Below are positions 26,211 to 40,016 of a stretch of DNA of 64,000 nucleotides, piece after piece. The position numbers and the translations under genes are program-made. Location: contig NC_086108.1 of assembly GCF_963921235.1 (NCBI RefSeq), forward strand, positions 53,446,001 to 53,510,000, read 5' to 3'. The notes under the pieces were generated by a model, which had not been told where the DNA came from, did not search any database, and saw only the letters and a program-made list of their open reading frames with translations. The stretch's first letter is position 1. Each line of letters opens with the position of its first letter. Origin of the DNA: Mobula hypostoma. Lineage: Eukaryota.

Positions 26211-27361
26211 GCGCTTCTTCCTATAGATGCTGCCTGGCCTGCTGCGTTCACCAGCAACTTTGATGTATGTTGCTTGAATTTACAGCATCTGCAGAATTCC
26301 TGTTGTTTTTATTTATACAATAAGTGTTTACGGTCTTGAATACATTGCCAGGGAACAGATTCAGTTGTTATGTTCAAAAGGAACTAAGTATTTTAAAGAA
26401 AAAAAGTTATGTAATATGGGAATGGTGCTAGCTGTATTGCTCTTGCGTTGGGATTGCATAGGCAGTAGCTCAAATAGCCTCTTAACATGCTGTAGCATTT
26501 CTGTGGTTCTGTAAAATCATCATACTGCCACTCGAGCTACTCTCACCAGCACCTGCACTTGTTCTTTCCAGTAGGTTAAGGAACATTAATTAGCAATTGT
26601 CCCTCTTCCTTGCAACCCAGATTTCCTGAGATCAATTACAGTATCTATTTTGCCACACATGGAAGGATCTTCGCTTCCATTTAGTGAGAACCAAAGCCAT
26701 GGCACTCTGAAGGTAATAAGTAATGAATACAAGGCATAAACAATAGAATGTCTTTTGGAGATGGATAGTATGCTCATGTATAATAGGCTCAATATGTTCT
26801 AATGAGCACAAAATGGTGGATTGGTCAAAGAAGATCCTGAAGATGTTAATTTTTTTTTGTTGTTCAGCCATGCAAATCCCACCTGAGATTCTGCTGTTGC
26901 TCTGGCATTCCTAGATCTAAATGTTAAGATTTATCCTTCTGCTATATCTGTATCTTTTAGGCTGGATGAAGAATGTACTGCCCACAATTAAGATGGCCTG
27001 TAAAAGTGACTGCACTCAAATTTTATTCACAGCCCATTATAACAATTATGAAAAGAAAATTCAGTATTTGAATGCTTTCCCACAATCCTATATATTGTCA
27101 TTCTATCAAGTCCCCTGATTGGGTTACGTTCAGTTGAGTGCTGTTAAGCAAGGGAATGATTTTCTGCCTCTTAAATGATGATCCACCAATTAATTAAAAG
27201 GCAAAAATGATTCTACCCAGAAAAAACTTATCTTACCTAACATAATGGAGGTGCTATGTTCAAAGGATCCACTCAAATGAAGCTTGCAATATTTTCCCCA
27301 CCTATTTCTGAGAGCTAAGTTAAGGTCATGATACTTTTAACATTCAGATACAGATTTTTTT

Positions 27362-27990
27362 TTAGATTATGAAGACACGCAGTCCTCCTTTATTGTCATT
27401 TAGTAATGCATGCATTAAGAAATGATACAATATTTCCTCTGGTGTGATATCACAAAACACAGGACAGACCAAGACTGGAAAAAAAACTAACAAAACCACA
27501 TAATTATAACATATAGTTACAACAGTGCAACAATACCATAACTTGATGAAGAAATCCATGAGCACAGTAAAAGTTCAAAGTCTCTCAAATGTCCCACATC
27601 TCGCGCAGACGGGAGAAGGAAGAAAAACTCTCCCTGCCATACCCGACCACGGTCCGACTCTGAGTCATCCGAAAACTTTGAGCTCTGATCAGCTCTCTGA
27701 CACAGAGTACTGAGCACCATCTCTATCCGAACGATTCGACCTCCATCTCGGTCGCCAACAGCAGGCAAAGCCAGGGATCTTGAGGCCTTCCCTCTGAAAG
27801 ATTCCCGACCGTGCAGTAGCGACAGCAGCGAACAAGCGTTTCAGAAATTTTTCCAGATGTTCCTCTGTGCTTTCACGTTCGTCTACATCAAATCAGATCA
27901 GAATTGTCCACGGCCCCTATTTAACGGATATGCTGTCATTTTTCACCAGAGGGCTGTGCATGCGCGGCGTGCTGCTCTCTCTCCTCCCGC
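27362..27990 (-). mobile_element. Non-autonomous retroposon family X, copy 2
   Basis: Collinear, highly similar copy of 3685-4293 with the same ends. Confidence 0.75.
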
Positions 27991-28802
27991 CGTCAATTAT
28001 GTACTCAATTGCAACATCAAAACCTAAAAGAATAGGGAAGTTTAAAAGGCAATCTCAAAAGTCAAGGTTGGTTGATCTTAGTTTAGGCAATACAGAACTA
28101 TTATTTACCTTGGGTTCAGGAGGCAAAATTTAAAAATAAAATGGAGAGGGCTTTTATTATGATTTCTGTTTTGTGTAACACATACTTAAATCTGACAGAT
28201 AATATTTCTGATAATTTAGTGTGAAATTTCATTCACCAAGAACATAAGATCTTGTTCGATAGCCCACAGACACCCTTCAATTGGTTGCCTAAAGAGTCAT
28301 TTAATCATGTGTCATGCCATATTAACAGACTACTCAATCCTGAGTGCAGCATAGACTATCTCAGCCTTATCCTTATCTGACAGCATATCACTGCAGAATT
28401 ATGTTCATGAATGTCAGCCTTACCAATCTTGATTTTAGCTTCTAGAACCCACAGTAATTTGTAGTTTTCCACTGCCTAAGATCTGCCGTCTTTGTAGTTT
28501 GGTCATTAGCTTTGTAAACTTTGATTCCCAAAAGGTTTTATATTCTGTTTGAATTTCTAGAAACATTTGGTGTTATGCTTTTTAACTTGGCTGTCTGAAA
28601 ACAAGCTAGAGAAAATCCTGTTAGTTTCAAGTGGATATTTTGAAGTAGAATGCAGCACTGTATACAAGAATGTTAAAAGTATCCTCATTCGGTGGCATAA
28701 TGGAAGATCCTTAGATTTAAAAAGTATACCTATGTTTAAAATCTGTTATTTGTTCTGATTTATCTTCCTTATAGTATATCAAGTATATTTTGCCACTTGC
28801 AG

Positions 28803-28949
28803 GTCCGGCTCCCGAGGCTGTCACAGAGAAGATTTTTCAGCTCAGCAAAACTATTGAAGAATATGCTATCTGTCCTGATCTGAAAGTTGATTTAAACACA
28901 ATCGGAAAACAACAATTTGACTTGGAGAACAAGTTTAAACCATTTACAG
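28803..28949 (+). CDS. PGM1: Phosphoglucomutase 1, exon 3
   Basis: [49 protein letters not shown]; cttgcAG / GTaacc; 147 bp, phase-compatible with exon 2. Confidence 0.96.
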
Positions 28950-30288
28950 GTAACCAATTGATCCCTCCATTTTAAAAATGCTGACATAAATTAAACTTTT
29001 ACTTATTTAATGTTAGTAAGTGTTTTCAATCTCTCACTGTCTCCTGATTTCTTCTTGAGTTCACTAATGGGCTTGATAATTGTTTATAAGACCATGCAAT
29101 ATTTGGCTCTGTAATAATTCTGTTTGTGTTCCTAACAGAATTGTAATTTAGACTTGCTAATCAATTAAATGATGTTTCAGATCCCAGTTTTCTTTTCCTT
29201 CACTCCTGGAGCAGCTATTTACTCTAAAGTACATGCAAAGCAAGTGCCTTATCCATTTCATAAATAGGAGCATAATTTGAATTGGCAGTTCATCAAAGAA
29301 TAGAACAGAACCCATCAAATTAATCAGATTATTTGTTACCTGACAATTCATTTGGATTTTCTTCCAGCTGTGGATCTTGATGGGTTGAATAGCCAAATTT
29401 TACTCCAGTGTCTTAAGGTCTTGAATAATGGTTTTGAAGACCTAGACAATTTGACTTTGTTTTTGTCTTTTTCACTCTCTACTTCAATAAAGAATGAAAT
29501 GCTTTTTGCTATACCACCGTACCCCCGCTGGTATAAGCAAGCTAACTAAGTGCAGACTGAAAGTGTTCATGTTGTCTTAGTATTGCCCAAAGAGATGTCA
29601 TTAGAATTTAACTACCCAGGAACCAGTATTAATAGTAACTATGAAAATAAAGAAATCAAGTAATAGAGGATTTGCCAATTAACTATGATTTTCTTGTCAG
29701 TTGGACCATGAATGATTATCCTTTAAAAGATATAGTCATAGAAACTATTTCTAACTGTCAGAGTAACAAATTGAGGAACTTTGTGAGGCGATAGGTTCAT
29801 AGAGTTAAGATCCATTGGGGGTGGGGAGATAGAGTTTTATGGGCAAAATAGTGTTTTTTTCAGATGGAACTTGATGCTTTTTGTCTACAGAGCAGTGCAG
29901 GTATTGATCTGTTATATGCAAAGTTACTCAAGTCACGATTTTCTGCACATTGCTGTGATTTGTACTGTTCATTTTTTTTCTGCCTTGCCTTGCAGTTATC
30001 ATTTATAAATTTTTTTTGTCCCTATTCCAAAGATAAAGCACATCAACTCCTTGGAACTCAATCATATGAAGCAAGAAATCCACTTGAACTTCTCTAGAAA
30101 CATTTCATCCAATCTCTAATTACTGGGTTATTACTCTTATGTCTTCAGTTGAAGTACAGCACAGATGACTGTATCTTCCGCTTTACCAATCTTTCATAAC
30201 AATTGGTCTTTTTGTCATGTGCACTATTATCTGCATAAAAAATAAATATTTCACTAGTATCTATAAGCAACTTGTGTTTATTTTGTAG

Positions 30289-30414
30289 TGGAGATTGTGG
30301 ATTCGGTGGAAGCCTATGCTAACATGCTACGAAACATCTTTGATTTTAATGCTTTGAAAGAGCTACTTTCGGGGTCAGAGCACTTGAAGATAAGATTGGA
30401 TGCCATGCATGGAG
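30289..30414 (+). CDS. PGM1: Phosphoglucomutase 1, exon 4
   Basis: [42 protein letters not shown]; ttttgtAG / GTatga; 126 bp. Confidence 0.96.
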
Positions 30415-31114
30415 GTATGACTGCAATGAGAAGTCTAGTTATTACTGTATTAATATTAGAACATACTTGTATCCTTGCTGAAAATTTCTGGTATAAAATG
30501 TAACTGCAAATGATGAGTATTCATGAAAATATGCTCAACAAATCGACTTAAATTTCTCAGCATTTTGTTAGGAATTACATAATTGAATTATTTTCAAATT
30601 TTAAAAAAAGAGCTCTCTAGCTGCTTGCAAAGCTAGTACCTCTTTAAGATTTCAAACTGCTGTAATTGATCTTTAATTAAGTAAAATATTGTATTTGCAT
30701 TATGTTGTAGTGTTACTCAGTTTCCTCAGCAGAACTATATCTCAAAAACCCTCCAGTTTGTATAGCACAGTGAACTATTGCTGCAGGTCTTTGCCACATT
30801 TCAGACTTTATTTGGTTATTTTCCTTTGGAAAAACATTAATTTTAATTTTCTGTGTTTGAAAGCTGCGAACATCACCTACAAGTTGCTGGAATAAACGTG
30901 TTACCTTATTCTGGTTCCATGTTGTGAGTGATCCACTGCTTTGCTTTCCTTAAATCTGTCCTAACCTTAAGTGGATCCTCCCATAGCAATTTTCTGAATA
31001 AACCCTGCTCCACTGTGATCAGTGAGTCCTTGTGAAGTGTATGTCCCACTGCTGACTTGCTGTTAAATAGCTGATATACCTATGAAGGCTTTTGACATTG
31101 GTACATATACGAGC

Positions 31115-31325
31115 TATTCACTTATTTTCTTTTTTCCATATACGGTATCTTTGAAATAAATGCCTCTCATAATTTTGTACACCTCCTTTGGGATCCCCTC
31201 AACCTCCTCTATGCCACTAAAAACAAATCCAGCCTGTCCAGTCTTACCCCATAACTGAAATATTTCATCCAGGCAACTTGGTGTATCTCTTCTATACCCT
31301 TCCCAATGCAGTAACACCTTCAAAT
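31115..31325 (-). mobile_element. CR1 3' fragment
   Basis: Decayed ..EVYKIMRGI.. on the minus strand. Confidence 0.55.
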
Positions 31326-32236
31326 TTACAAGAGACATTTTCTTATCAAGGCACCATCTCTACTTTTCTTAAAAGTCTAGGATCTCAAATTTATTTGTAC
31401 CTTGCAGTCCCTAAAATGCAGACATGTAAACTGATACCCTCCATCCCCATTTGGGAAGTTGCAGTGAGCCAATTGACAATAGGATCAAAAGAGGTTATCA
31501 AGCTTAAGGAAATTTCTTGTTTGGGACAGGTATATGTCTAGAAAAGGCACCTTTTTTGAAATGTCAAAGCTTGATCTTTGAGGGCAGAAAAGAAATCTTA
31601 CAAATAGTGTTAGCAGTTCTGCATGTTCTAAAGAACCTGCTGTTGATAGGGTGTATATTTTTGCTTTAGATTCAGTCTTGATATCATTCTTTGTGTCTTT
31701 GGATTGTGATAAACAGTTAATCCTCCCCCTGAACTGGTGAAAGTTAGAGGTAAAATAAGTTTTAAGATGGAGAGTAAAGGAAAGTGGGAGAGAGAACTGG
31801 GTTAAGGTCTGTGACAGATCGTCAAAGACTGTCACAATTTTTTTCTCTCCTTGCTGCTTTATCCACAGATAATGTAGTACAATAAATTTTAAGCTAATAT
31901 TTTTCCATTTCTGAAAGAGTCAAAGATAATTGAACCATAGATGTACAGCACAGAAATGGGCCCATTGGCCCACCAATCCATGCTCACCTTTTTGCCCACC
32001 TACAATAACCATCAAATTTTAAAATTTTGTTTCCATTTCTACAGAACTGTCTGGCTTGCTGAGTAGTTCCAGTATTTTCTGTTTTCTGATTCTCTTACAA
32101 GAGCTTACTTTGCTTTTGACAATATTTTGTGCAGTGTTCACTTCATATTAGTTTTGGATTTCAGGTTTTTAATTGTCAATGGGCTGTACTTTTGTCATCA
32201 GAATATTTACTTGTTTCATTCATTTTATTCTTTTGA

Positions 32237-32470
<234 letters not shown>

Positions 32471-33580
32471 TGAACCTGTTATGGTATAATATTCCAGTCT
32501 CTAATGCTGGTGACCAATGTAAAGGGATATGAATATATTTAAACAGACCAATTATGGCAGTGGAATGGTGCTGCATGTTAGTTGCCCTCATGTTTAGTGA
32601 TGTGGAATAGGCATATGTCAGAATTTAGTTTTGTGCTGGATTAGAGTTTCTACTTGATCGGGTTACATCTATATATCTCTTATTTTCTTTTGTAGAAGCT
32701 GCTGGTGATGTATCTGTGTACTGTATTTTTGTAAAGTATACTTCTCTTTGAAAAGTAATAGGGAAACCTGCACCCTTTTTTTCCCTTCAGAGATCATAAA
32801 CAGCCTGTGGTTGCTATGCTTTGCCAATTCTATGTACTTTATGTGCAAATAACTGTTGCTGTCTGAAGGGCATTGCTGCCAGAAATAAAGTGCCTTGTCT
32901 CATCCACAGATAAAACAATGGAGCAGAATTAAGAAATCTGACCTATCAAGTCTGCTCCATCATTCCATAGTAGCAGATTTATTATCCTTCTCAAACCCAT
33001 TCTCCTGCCTTCTCCCCATAACCCTTGATGCCCTTACTAATCAAGAACCTATCAACTTCCACTTTACCCATCTACTTTGGTCATCTCTTTTAACTATTTA
33101 TTTGAGGTGGTATTCAGTTTCTTTTGTATTCCTGTTCTTTGCTCATTTCTTTTGACTTGGGCAGTTTTTCAGATGGAGGATGACTTCCTTACAGTCCATT
33201 TCTGAGGACTGAATATTACCCATGTATGAATTCTTTCAACATGGATTGGCTATTGCATGTGGTCTCGACAAAAGGCAAATAGAACCCCAGCAATTGGATG
33301 CTAGGCTCTTTTTTAAAAAAATCTTTGTTACATTTTAACTAAAATACTTTTCAGTCTTGATGAAGCTTTGCTCGTTTGATCACATGTATTTTGCTGTAAC
33401 ATTGTTGCATTTAACTCTGACGGCTCTCAGACCCCTTCAAAAAATCAAGAAATTGATTAAGAAGCCAAACAGCTAGAATGAAGTGCTAAATTCAGACCTG
33501 CTTAGTTTCCAGTGAGACCACATTGTTTTCATTGCACAGTAATCTCAGAAAGGTGTTAACCCTTAAAGACATGTTCCTAA

Positions 33581-34262
33581 TGGCAAGGAGGAGGAGAAGA
33601 TGGCGGTGCAATGCAGCTTGCGCGGCCACTCCAGTGAATAATATCTGTAATCTGTCAAGTAGGGTGCCATGCACAATCCTGATTTGATGGAGACAGACGT
33701 GAGAGAGCAGAGGAACATCTGGAGAAACTTCTGAAATGCCTTTTTCACTGCCGCTGCTACTGTATGATCCAGAATCTCCGGAGGGGAGGGCCCCGAGTCC
33801 TCGGCTTTGCTTATTGCTCAGCAGCCGGGATGGGGTGGAAGCACTCGGCAGAGATGGTGCTCGGTGTCGAAGGGCTGGTTGGAGGCTCGAAGTTTTCGGA
33901 CGGACTCAGAGTCAGCTGTGGTTGGGTGCTTCCAATGCATCGACAGTTGTCGGTGCCTGGAGGTTTATGGCAGAGAGAGTTTCTCCCTTTTGCCACCTGC
34001 TATCGGGACTATCGGGAGTTGATCGGAACGTTGAGACTTTTTTTTTACCGTTCCCATGGTCTGCTCTTTATCAAATTATGGTATTGCTTTGCACTGCTGT
34101 GACTATATGTTATAATTATGTGGTCTTGTCAGTGTTAATCTTTGGTTTGTCCTGTTTTTTTTCTGATATCACTCTGGAGGAACATTGTACCATTTCTTAA
34201 TACATGCATGCATTTCTAAATGACAATAAACGAGGACTGAGTGTCCTCATAATCTAATCTAA
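33581..34262 (+). mobile_element. Non-autonomous retroposon family X, related subfamily copy 3
   Basis: 5' GGAGAAGATGGCGG; shares GATTTGATGGAGA..AGAGGAACATCTGGAGAAA and the 3' ATGCATGCAT..GACAATAAA..CATAATCTAATCTAA tail with copies 1 and 2. Confidence 0.72.
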
Positions 34263-34699
34263 GAAGGTTGTAGCTTTGGGGTTTAAGGGTTATGATCAGT
34301 TGCAATCAAGCTGAGTGGGTCTTGGAATGAGACTGTGATTGGCTAGAGTAAGCAGAGCCTGATACCATGTTGCATGTGGCAGCCATTTTTATTAAAATAA
34401 AACTTGGTTGAAACAGTGGAGACACAAAAGATTGTAGATGCTGGAAATCTGGAGGGACTCAGTGGGACAGGTAGCATCTGTTCAGAGAAACAGACAATCT
34501 TTATTAAATATGAAAACAGACCTCCAGCAGTGCCCCACAAGACTCACTTTACAGCATGATATGCTCCTTGTTGAATTGTGTGCTAACATGAGTCATTCAT
34601 CTTTAATTCAATTTTTGCTTTTGATCAAATAAATGCATAATTCACTCATAATATCATTAACGTACAAAATACTGCAAAGAAATGTTTGACACATTGAGT

Positions 34700-34855
34700 A
34701 TAACAGCTGCTTCACAGCGCTAGATACCCATGTTTTGATCCTGACCTCGGGTGTTGTCTGTGTGAAGTTTGTACATTCTTCCTGTGACTGCATGGGTTAC
34801 CTCTTGGTGCTCTAGTTCCTTCCATGTCCCAAACACATACAGGATGGCAGGATAC
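34700..34855 (+). mobile_element. tRNA-derived V-SINE/HE1-like SINE
   Basis: gctgcttcacagcgc..ttgatcctgacctcggg..tgtgtgaagtttgtacattcttcctgtgactgcatgggtt..ggtgctctagttccttcc resembles the V-SINE core. Confidence 0.65.
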
Positions 34856-34955
34856 AATTAATGTCTTAAAGATAAGAGTCAGAATGTTTTTTATCTTCAG
34901 TTTGTTTAAATTATGTTTGATCACATAGACTAAAAATGTAGTTTATTTCTTCTAG

Positions 34956-35111
<156 letters not shown>

Positions 35112-35599
35112 TGAGCATGATTTTCTTGTGGTCTGAAACTTAAACGGGTGACTGCATCCTGGTTATCTGTTTTGTTTTCTTAAAGGGAAGTCCCTGTTTT
35201 TGGGAAAAAGTACATTGAGCATACTAATAATCTTCTGAATTTCCCAGTACTTTCGTGACTGGAAACATGGGAGACTCTTTTGACTAATTCCACACAATCT
35301 TTAGAATTATTATTGAGCAAGATACTTCAAAACACCACTTGCTTTCAACTAGGGACAGCATTATTAAAGTAACTGAGGTTCATAATGTTTCTACATATTG
35401 TGCCTCAGTTAAATTTATGGCAAAGATCATCTATCCGATAATATGGATCATACAAATTCCAGATCTTAATTAAATAGTATTTTCTACTTCTAAGTGCTTT
35501 AAACTGAGTCAAGTGAATATGAATCAACTTAACCATTAACAGTGGTTTTTAGGGACTGGTAAGATTTCCTGTCAAGAAAAAACTTTTAGAAATAAAGAA

Positions 35600-36830
35600 C
35601 CTCGTGACATGGTATCATATGAGCAATCCTTCCCTCAATGTCAACAAAACAAAAGACCTATTCACCTATTTCAGAAAGAAGGCGTAATGCACACGCTTCT
35701 GTTTACAACAACTCAGCTAAGGTTGGGAGCATTGAGAACTTCACATTCCCCTGGGTGAATATGGCCAGTAGCCTGTCCTGTTCCAACTATGTTGATGCCA
35801 TGGCCAAGGAAACTCACTAGTACCTGTACTTCCTCAGGAGGCTAAAGAAATTTGGCATGCCCTCTTTGACCCTGACCAGTTTTTATTGATGCACCACAAA
35901 ATGCATCCGATCTGGATGCATCATGGTTTGGTATGACAACTGCACTGTCCATGACTGCAAGAAACTCGAGAGTTGTGAACACAGCTTAGCATAGCAAGGA
36001 AACCAGCTTCTCCTCCATAGACTCCGTGTTACCTTGGTAGAGCAGCCTGCGTTATCAAAGTCCCCACTCACCCCAGACCTTTTCTCTTCTCCCTCTCCTG
36101 TTGGGTACAAGATAAAAAAAAATCCTGAAAGCATGTACTGTCAAGCTCAAGGACAGCTCCTATCCCACTGTTATAAGACTCTCCCTCCATTGAATGATTC
36201 CCTAGCATCATAAGATGGACTCTTGACTGCACAATCTACCTTGTTATAAACTTGCAGGAAGGATGTGGAAGCATTGGAAAGGGTGCAGAGGAGATTTACC
36301 AGGATGCTGCCTGGTTTAGAAAGTATGCATTATGATCAGAGATTAAGGGAGCTAGAGCTTTACGCTTTGGAGAGAAGGAGGATGAGAGGAGACATGATAG
36401 AGGTGTACAAGATAATAAGAGGAATAGATAGAGTGGATAGCCAGCGCCTCTTCCCCAGGGTACCACTGCTCAATACAAGAGGACATGGCTTTGAGGTAAG
36501 GGGTGGGAAGTTCAAGGGGGATATTAGAGGAAGGTTTTTTACTCAGTGAGTGGTTGGTGCGTGGAATGCACTGCCTGAGTCAGTGGTGGAGGCAGATACA
36601 CTAGTGAAGTTTAAGAGACTACTAGACAGGTATATGGAGGAATTTAAGGTGGGGGGTTATATGGGAGGCAGGGTTTGAGGGTCGGCACAACATTGTGGGC
36701 CGAAGGGCCTGTACTGTGCTATACTATTCTATGTTCTATGTTTATTGTCTACCTACACTGCACTTTTTCTGTAACTGTAACACTTTATTCTGCACTTTGC
36801 TATTTTACCTTATGTTACCTCTAATGCACT
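35600..36830 (+). mobile_element. Rex1/Babar-like LINE 3' fragment, interrupted by CR1
   Basis: Remnants LYFLRRLKKFG..LTSFY, HP..FS.LP.G.R.., LKDSSYPTVIRL; the 3' UTR resumes at ~36741. Confidence 0.65.
36256..36740 (+). mobile_element. Young CR1/HER1 LINE 3' end
   Basis: ORF 36265..36549 ALERVQRRFTRMLPGL..RRMRGDMIEVYKI..RFFTQ; (TTCTATG)n tail. Confidence 0.9.
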
Positions 36831-37890
36831 ATTCTCTTACATACTATTCATACAGATATATTCATTACAAGTTTTTCATTGTAGGTATGATAAACCAATT
36901 TACCAATTTACTTTTAAACATCTTTTGGTGAAATTGCATTATTTACCTTTTGACAAAAATGCTTGCATGTTTTTAAATGTATCATATATTCAACTATTTG
37001 TACTGAAGGAACTGCTAATGAACAGTTTTACTGCTTAACACAGCCATAGTAAATCATAAGTCAATTATTGTGAAAATAATTTACATTTCACAAATATTCT
37101 AAATAATTATGATTAGCAATGACACCAAGTATGATTGAACAGTCACTGTTTTCCTGGTTACGCAGGAATCTCCTTTGCCTGTGTATGTTCTCATTTGGTG
37201 TATAAACTTAATCACCCTCTCTCTTTGTTAGCACACCAACCAAACTCATTCCAACATTTTCTGCACAGAACTTTGGATACAATTTTCCCTGGTTTTCCCT
37301 CTGTAAGCTTATCTTTTTACAAGGCGTTTCCATCACTCTTAAAACTATTTTCATTAAACCTCTGACTTCACATTTGCTATGTTATTAACATTACAAGTAG
37401 CTGCCATTCCTGACCCTATAATGGTCTTTATCATTGCCCACTTCTCAAAAACAATCCTTTGTCTCAAATCCGTTTACAATTCTGCTTTTTGTTTCTTGTA
37501 CCTGGTGTCTGTTATCTTTAAATTTTATTCATTTCTCCATTTGAGTTTCTGGGTCTGGCATGCTACTGATACACTCCTAATCAGAAATAATATTACTTAT
37601 GACTTTGACCACAATAATCAAATGCTGCACCTCTTCTAGAAACATCCTCCTCAATTTCTCTGTATCCTGACTATAATAGATGACACCATTTTCAATAGTC
37701 CTGTTCAATATTTTGATTGTATTTTGTCTGTATTTTGATCAACTTTTATAATATTGTAACAAGTTTCTCTTCCTGGTTCTGTACCTTTTAGAACTTGCAA
37801 GCAAATATTCTTGACTCCCTTTACATTTTGTTTTATTCTATAACTGTAGCCAAAGTTGTGAAGTCAAATTCTGCAATAAATTATAGATAC

Positions 37891-38849
37891 AAATAAACTC
37901 TTCTCAGGGTTCCAGCCGGGTATAGATATCAATTTTAACTGACATTTTGATGACAAACTCTGGCATCTTCATCAGGGATGATGCCTGGGTATGTATATCT
38001 GGTGATATTTATATCCCTGTCGCCCGTCCTTCCAGATTGGTTAGTCCACATCCAATCAGCTTTCCGCTCTCCCACCTTGTTTACAATCAAATTCCAGTTC
38101 ATGCTTGGAGTGAGACCTTCATCTTTGTTAAAGTTCTTTTCCTCCAGTTTTATTTCAATGGCTTCCTTTACCAGGTGTCCCCAAAAGCCATTGGCACGGC
38201 ACAGTAGTTTTGTGCCATTGAAGTCGATTCTACGGCCATTTCAACTGCAATGTTCTGCTACCGTTGATTTCTCTGGGTAACCCAAACAAGATACACCTCC
38301 TGTGCTCCTTGATATGGGTTTCCACTGTGCGTCCCATCTGGCCAATATACGCTGCTCTACATTCACAGGGAATCCTGTAAACACCAGGCGTTCTGAGTCC
38401 AAGGTAACCTTTGACCCGCATAAGCTGTGATTTGAGTTTCCTTTTGGGTTGCATTGCATTCGCAGTGGCCATAGGATTGACTTCAATGGCATAAAGCTAC
38501 TGTGCCACGCCAATGGCTTTTGGGACCACCTGGTGAAGAGAGCCATTCAAATATAACTGGGAGGAACAGAATTTTAACAAAGATGAAGGTCTCGCTCTAA
38601 ATAAGAACTGGAATTCAATTGTAAACAAGGTGGGACAGCATAAACCTGTTTGGATGAAGACTAACCAATCAGGAGGGATGGATGACGGGGGTATAAATAG
38701 CACTGGACTAGACATGCCCAGGCATTACCCCTGATGAAGATGGCAGAGTTTGTCATTGAAACGTCGTTAAAATCAATACCTGTACCTTGCTGGAAGCTCG
38801 AGAAGAATTTATTCATCATATACGTCAGGAAAGCACTAGATCCTTTTTC
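37891..38849. mobile_element. Second Penelope family (Poseidon-like) remnant arranged as an inverted repeat
   Basis: Arms ~37891-38252 and ~38452-38814 are reverse complements. The spacer encodes GIY-YIG TPGVYRIPCECRAAYIGQMGR..IKEHRR on the minus strand. Flanks AAATTATAGATA / AAATTATAAATA (37878-37889, 38850-38861). Confidence 0.85.
38728..38769 (+). ncRNA. Hammerhead-like motif in pLTR of second PLE family
   Basis: CTGATGA-A-GATGGCA gagtt TGTCATT-GAAA-CGTC: core intact, stem I weak. A degenerate mirror copy lies on the minus strand at 37941-37975. Confidence 0.6.
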
Positions 38850-38909
38850 AAATTATAAATAAATTTTTTGGATGGTATGACTTTTGTTTTATTTGTTGAA
38901 CAAAATTGA

Positions 38910-39059
<150 letters not shown>

Positions 39060-39797
39060 TAATTTTCTTATTTGATAGACGAAAGTGATATTAGTGACAT
39101 TACGAGATAAGAGGCCGACAAATCCCTTTACTATTGTAGTTGATTATCATGAGATTTTTAAAATCGTTGCTTTCAACATTAAGGCATAGTCTAAATCTTA
39201 AAAAAAAATGTGCAGTAGACAGTAATGTGATGATTTGGCAAAGCAGATTGCTCTAGTTTCCAATACTCGGGTGAATTAAAAGTCAGCAGCTAAGCCATTC
39301 CTGAAATTATTATCATGTGCTTTCTGGCAGATGTTGTGCTAATAAACTGAGAGAGAATTGTCATCTCCCTTTGGTCTTGTGACTTGGGGACAGTATTATT
39401 TGAAACATACTCTCAAAAGAATAACAGTTGTTTCTGAGGATTGGATCTGAAGATAACTGAGCTACAAAAATTGTAAGATTTGTCTTGAATTGTACTCTAA
39501 CGGAGCCTTATTTGGTTTCAGTAGTCCTACTGAGGAATGAGGGAAAACATGCACGTTTTTGTTTATGAATATTGGCCAGCTCAGGTAACTGGACAATATG
39601 CAGGAATGAAGTCTTGAATACGGAAGAAGGAACTTTATTGTTTAAATATAGAACATTTTCGAGGGCAGTTTTAGTGCAAAGCTTTTGCTTTATCTAATCT
39701 AACCTTGGAGTGCTTAATGAGAAACTGGAAATGTGTTTCTTCTGCCTGCATTCCCACACCATGATTCTTGAATTATTTTATTTAATTAAACCTTTGA

Positions 39798-40016
<219 letters not shown>

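Larger units (their letters stand above)
23023..26308 (+). mobile_element. Penelope-like retroelement (Neptune-type), 5'-truncated, near-intact
   Basis: RT, Cys-rich linker and GIY-YIG, then a pyrimidine-rich pLTR with hammerhead. Bounded by the 11-bp direct repeat TTATTTATACA (23012-23022, 26309-26319). Confidence 0.93.
22860..26510 (+). mobile_element. Old CR1 3' remnant split by the Penelope insertion (segments ~22860-23022 and 26309-26510)
   Basis: Decayed IEVLKIMKG..H.MKVISRRTKCDMWNNLFIQ continues after the insertion as VFTVLNTLP..DSVVMFKR. Confidence 0.55.
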
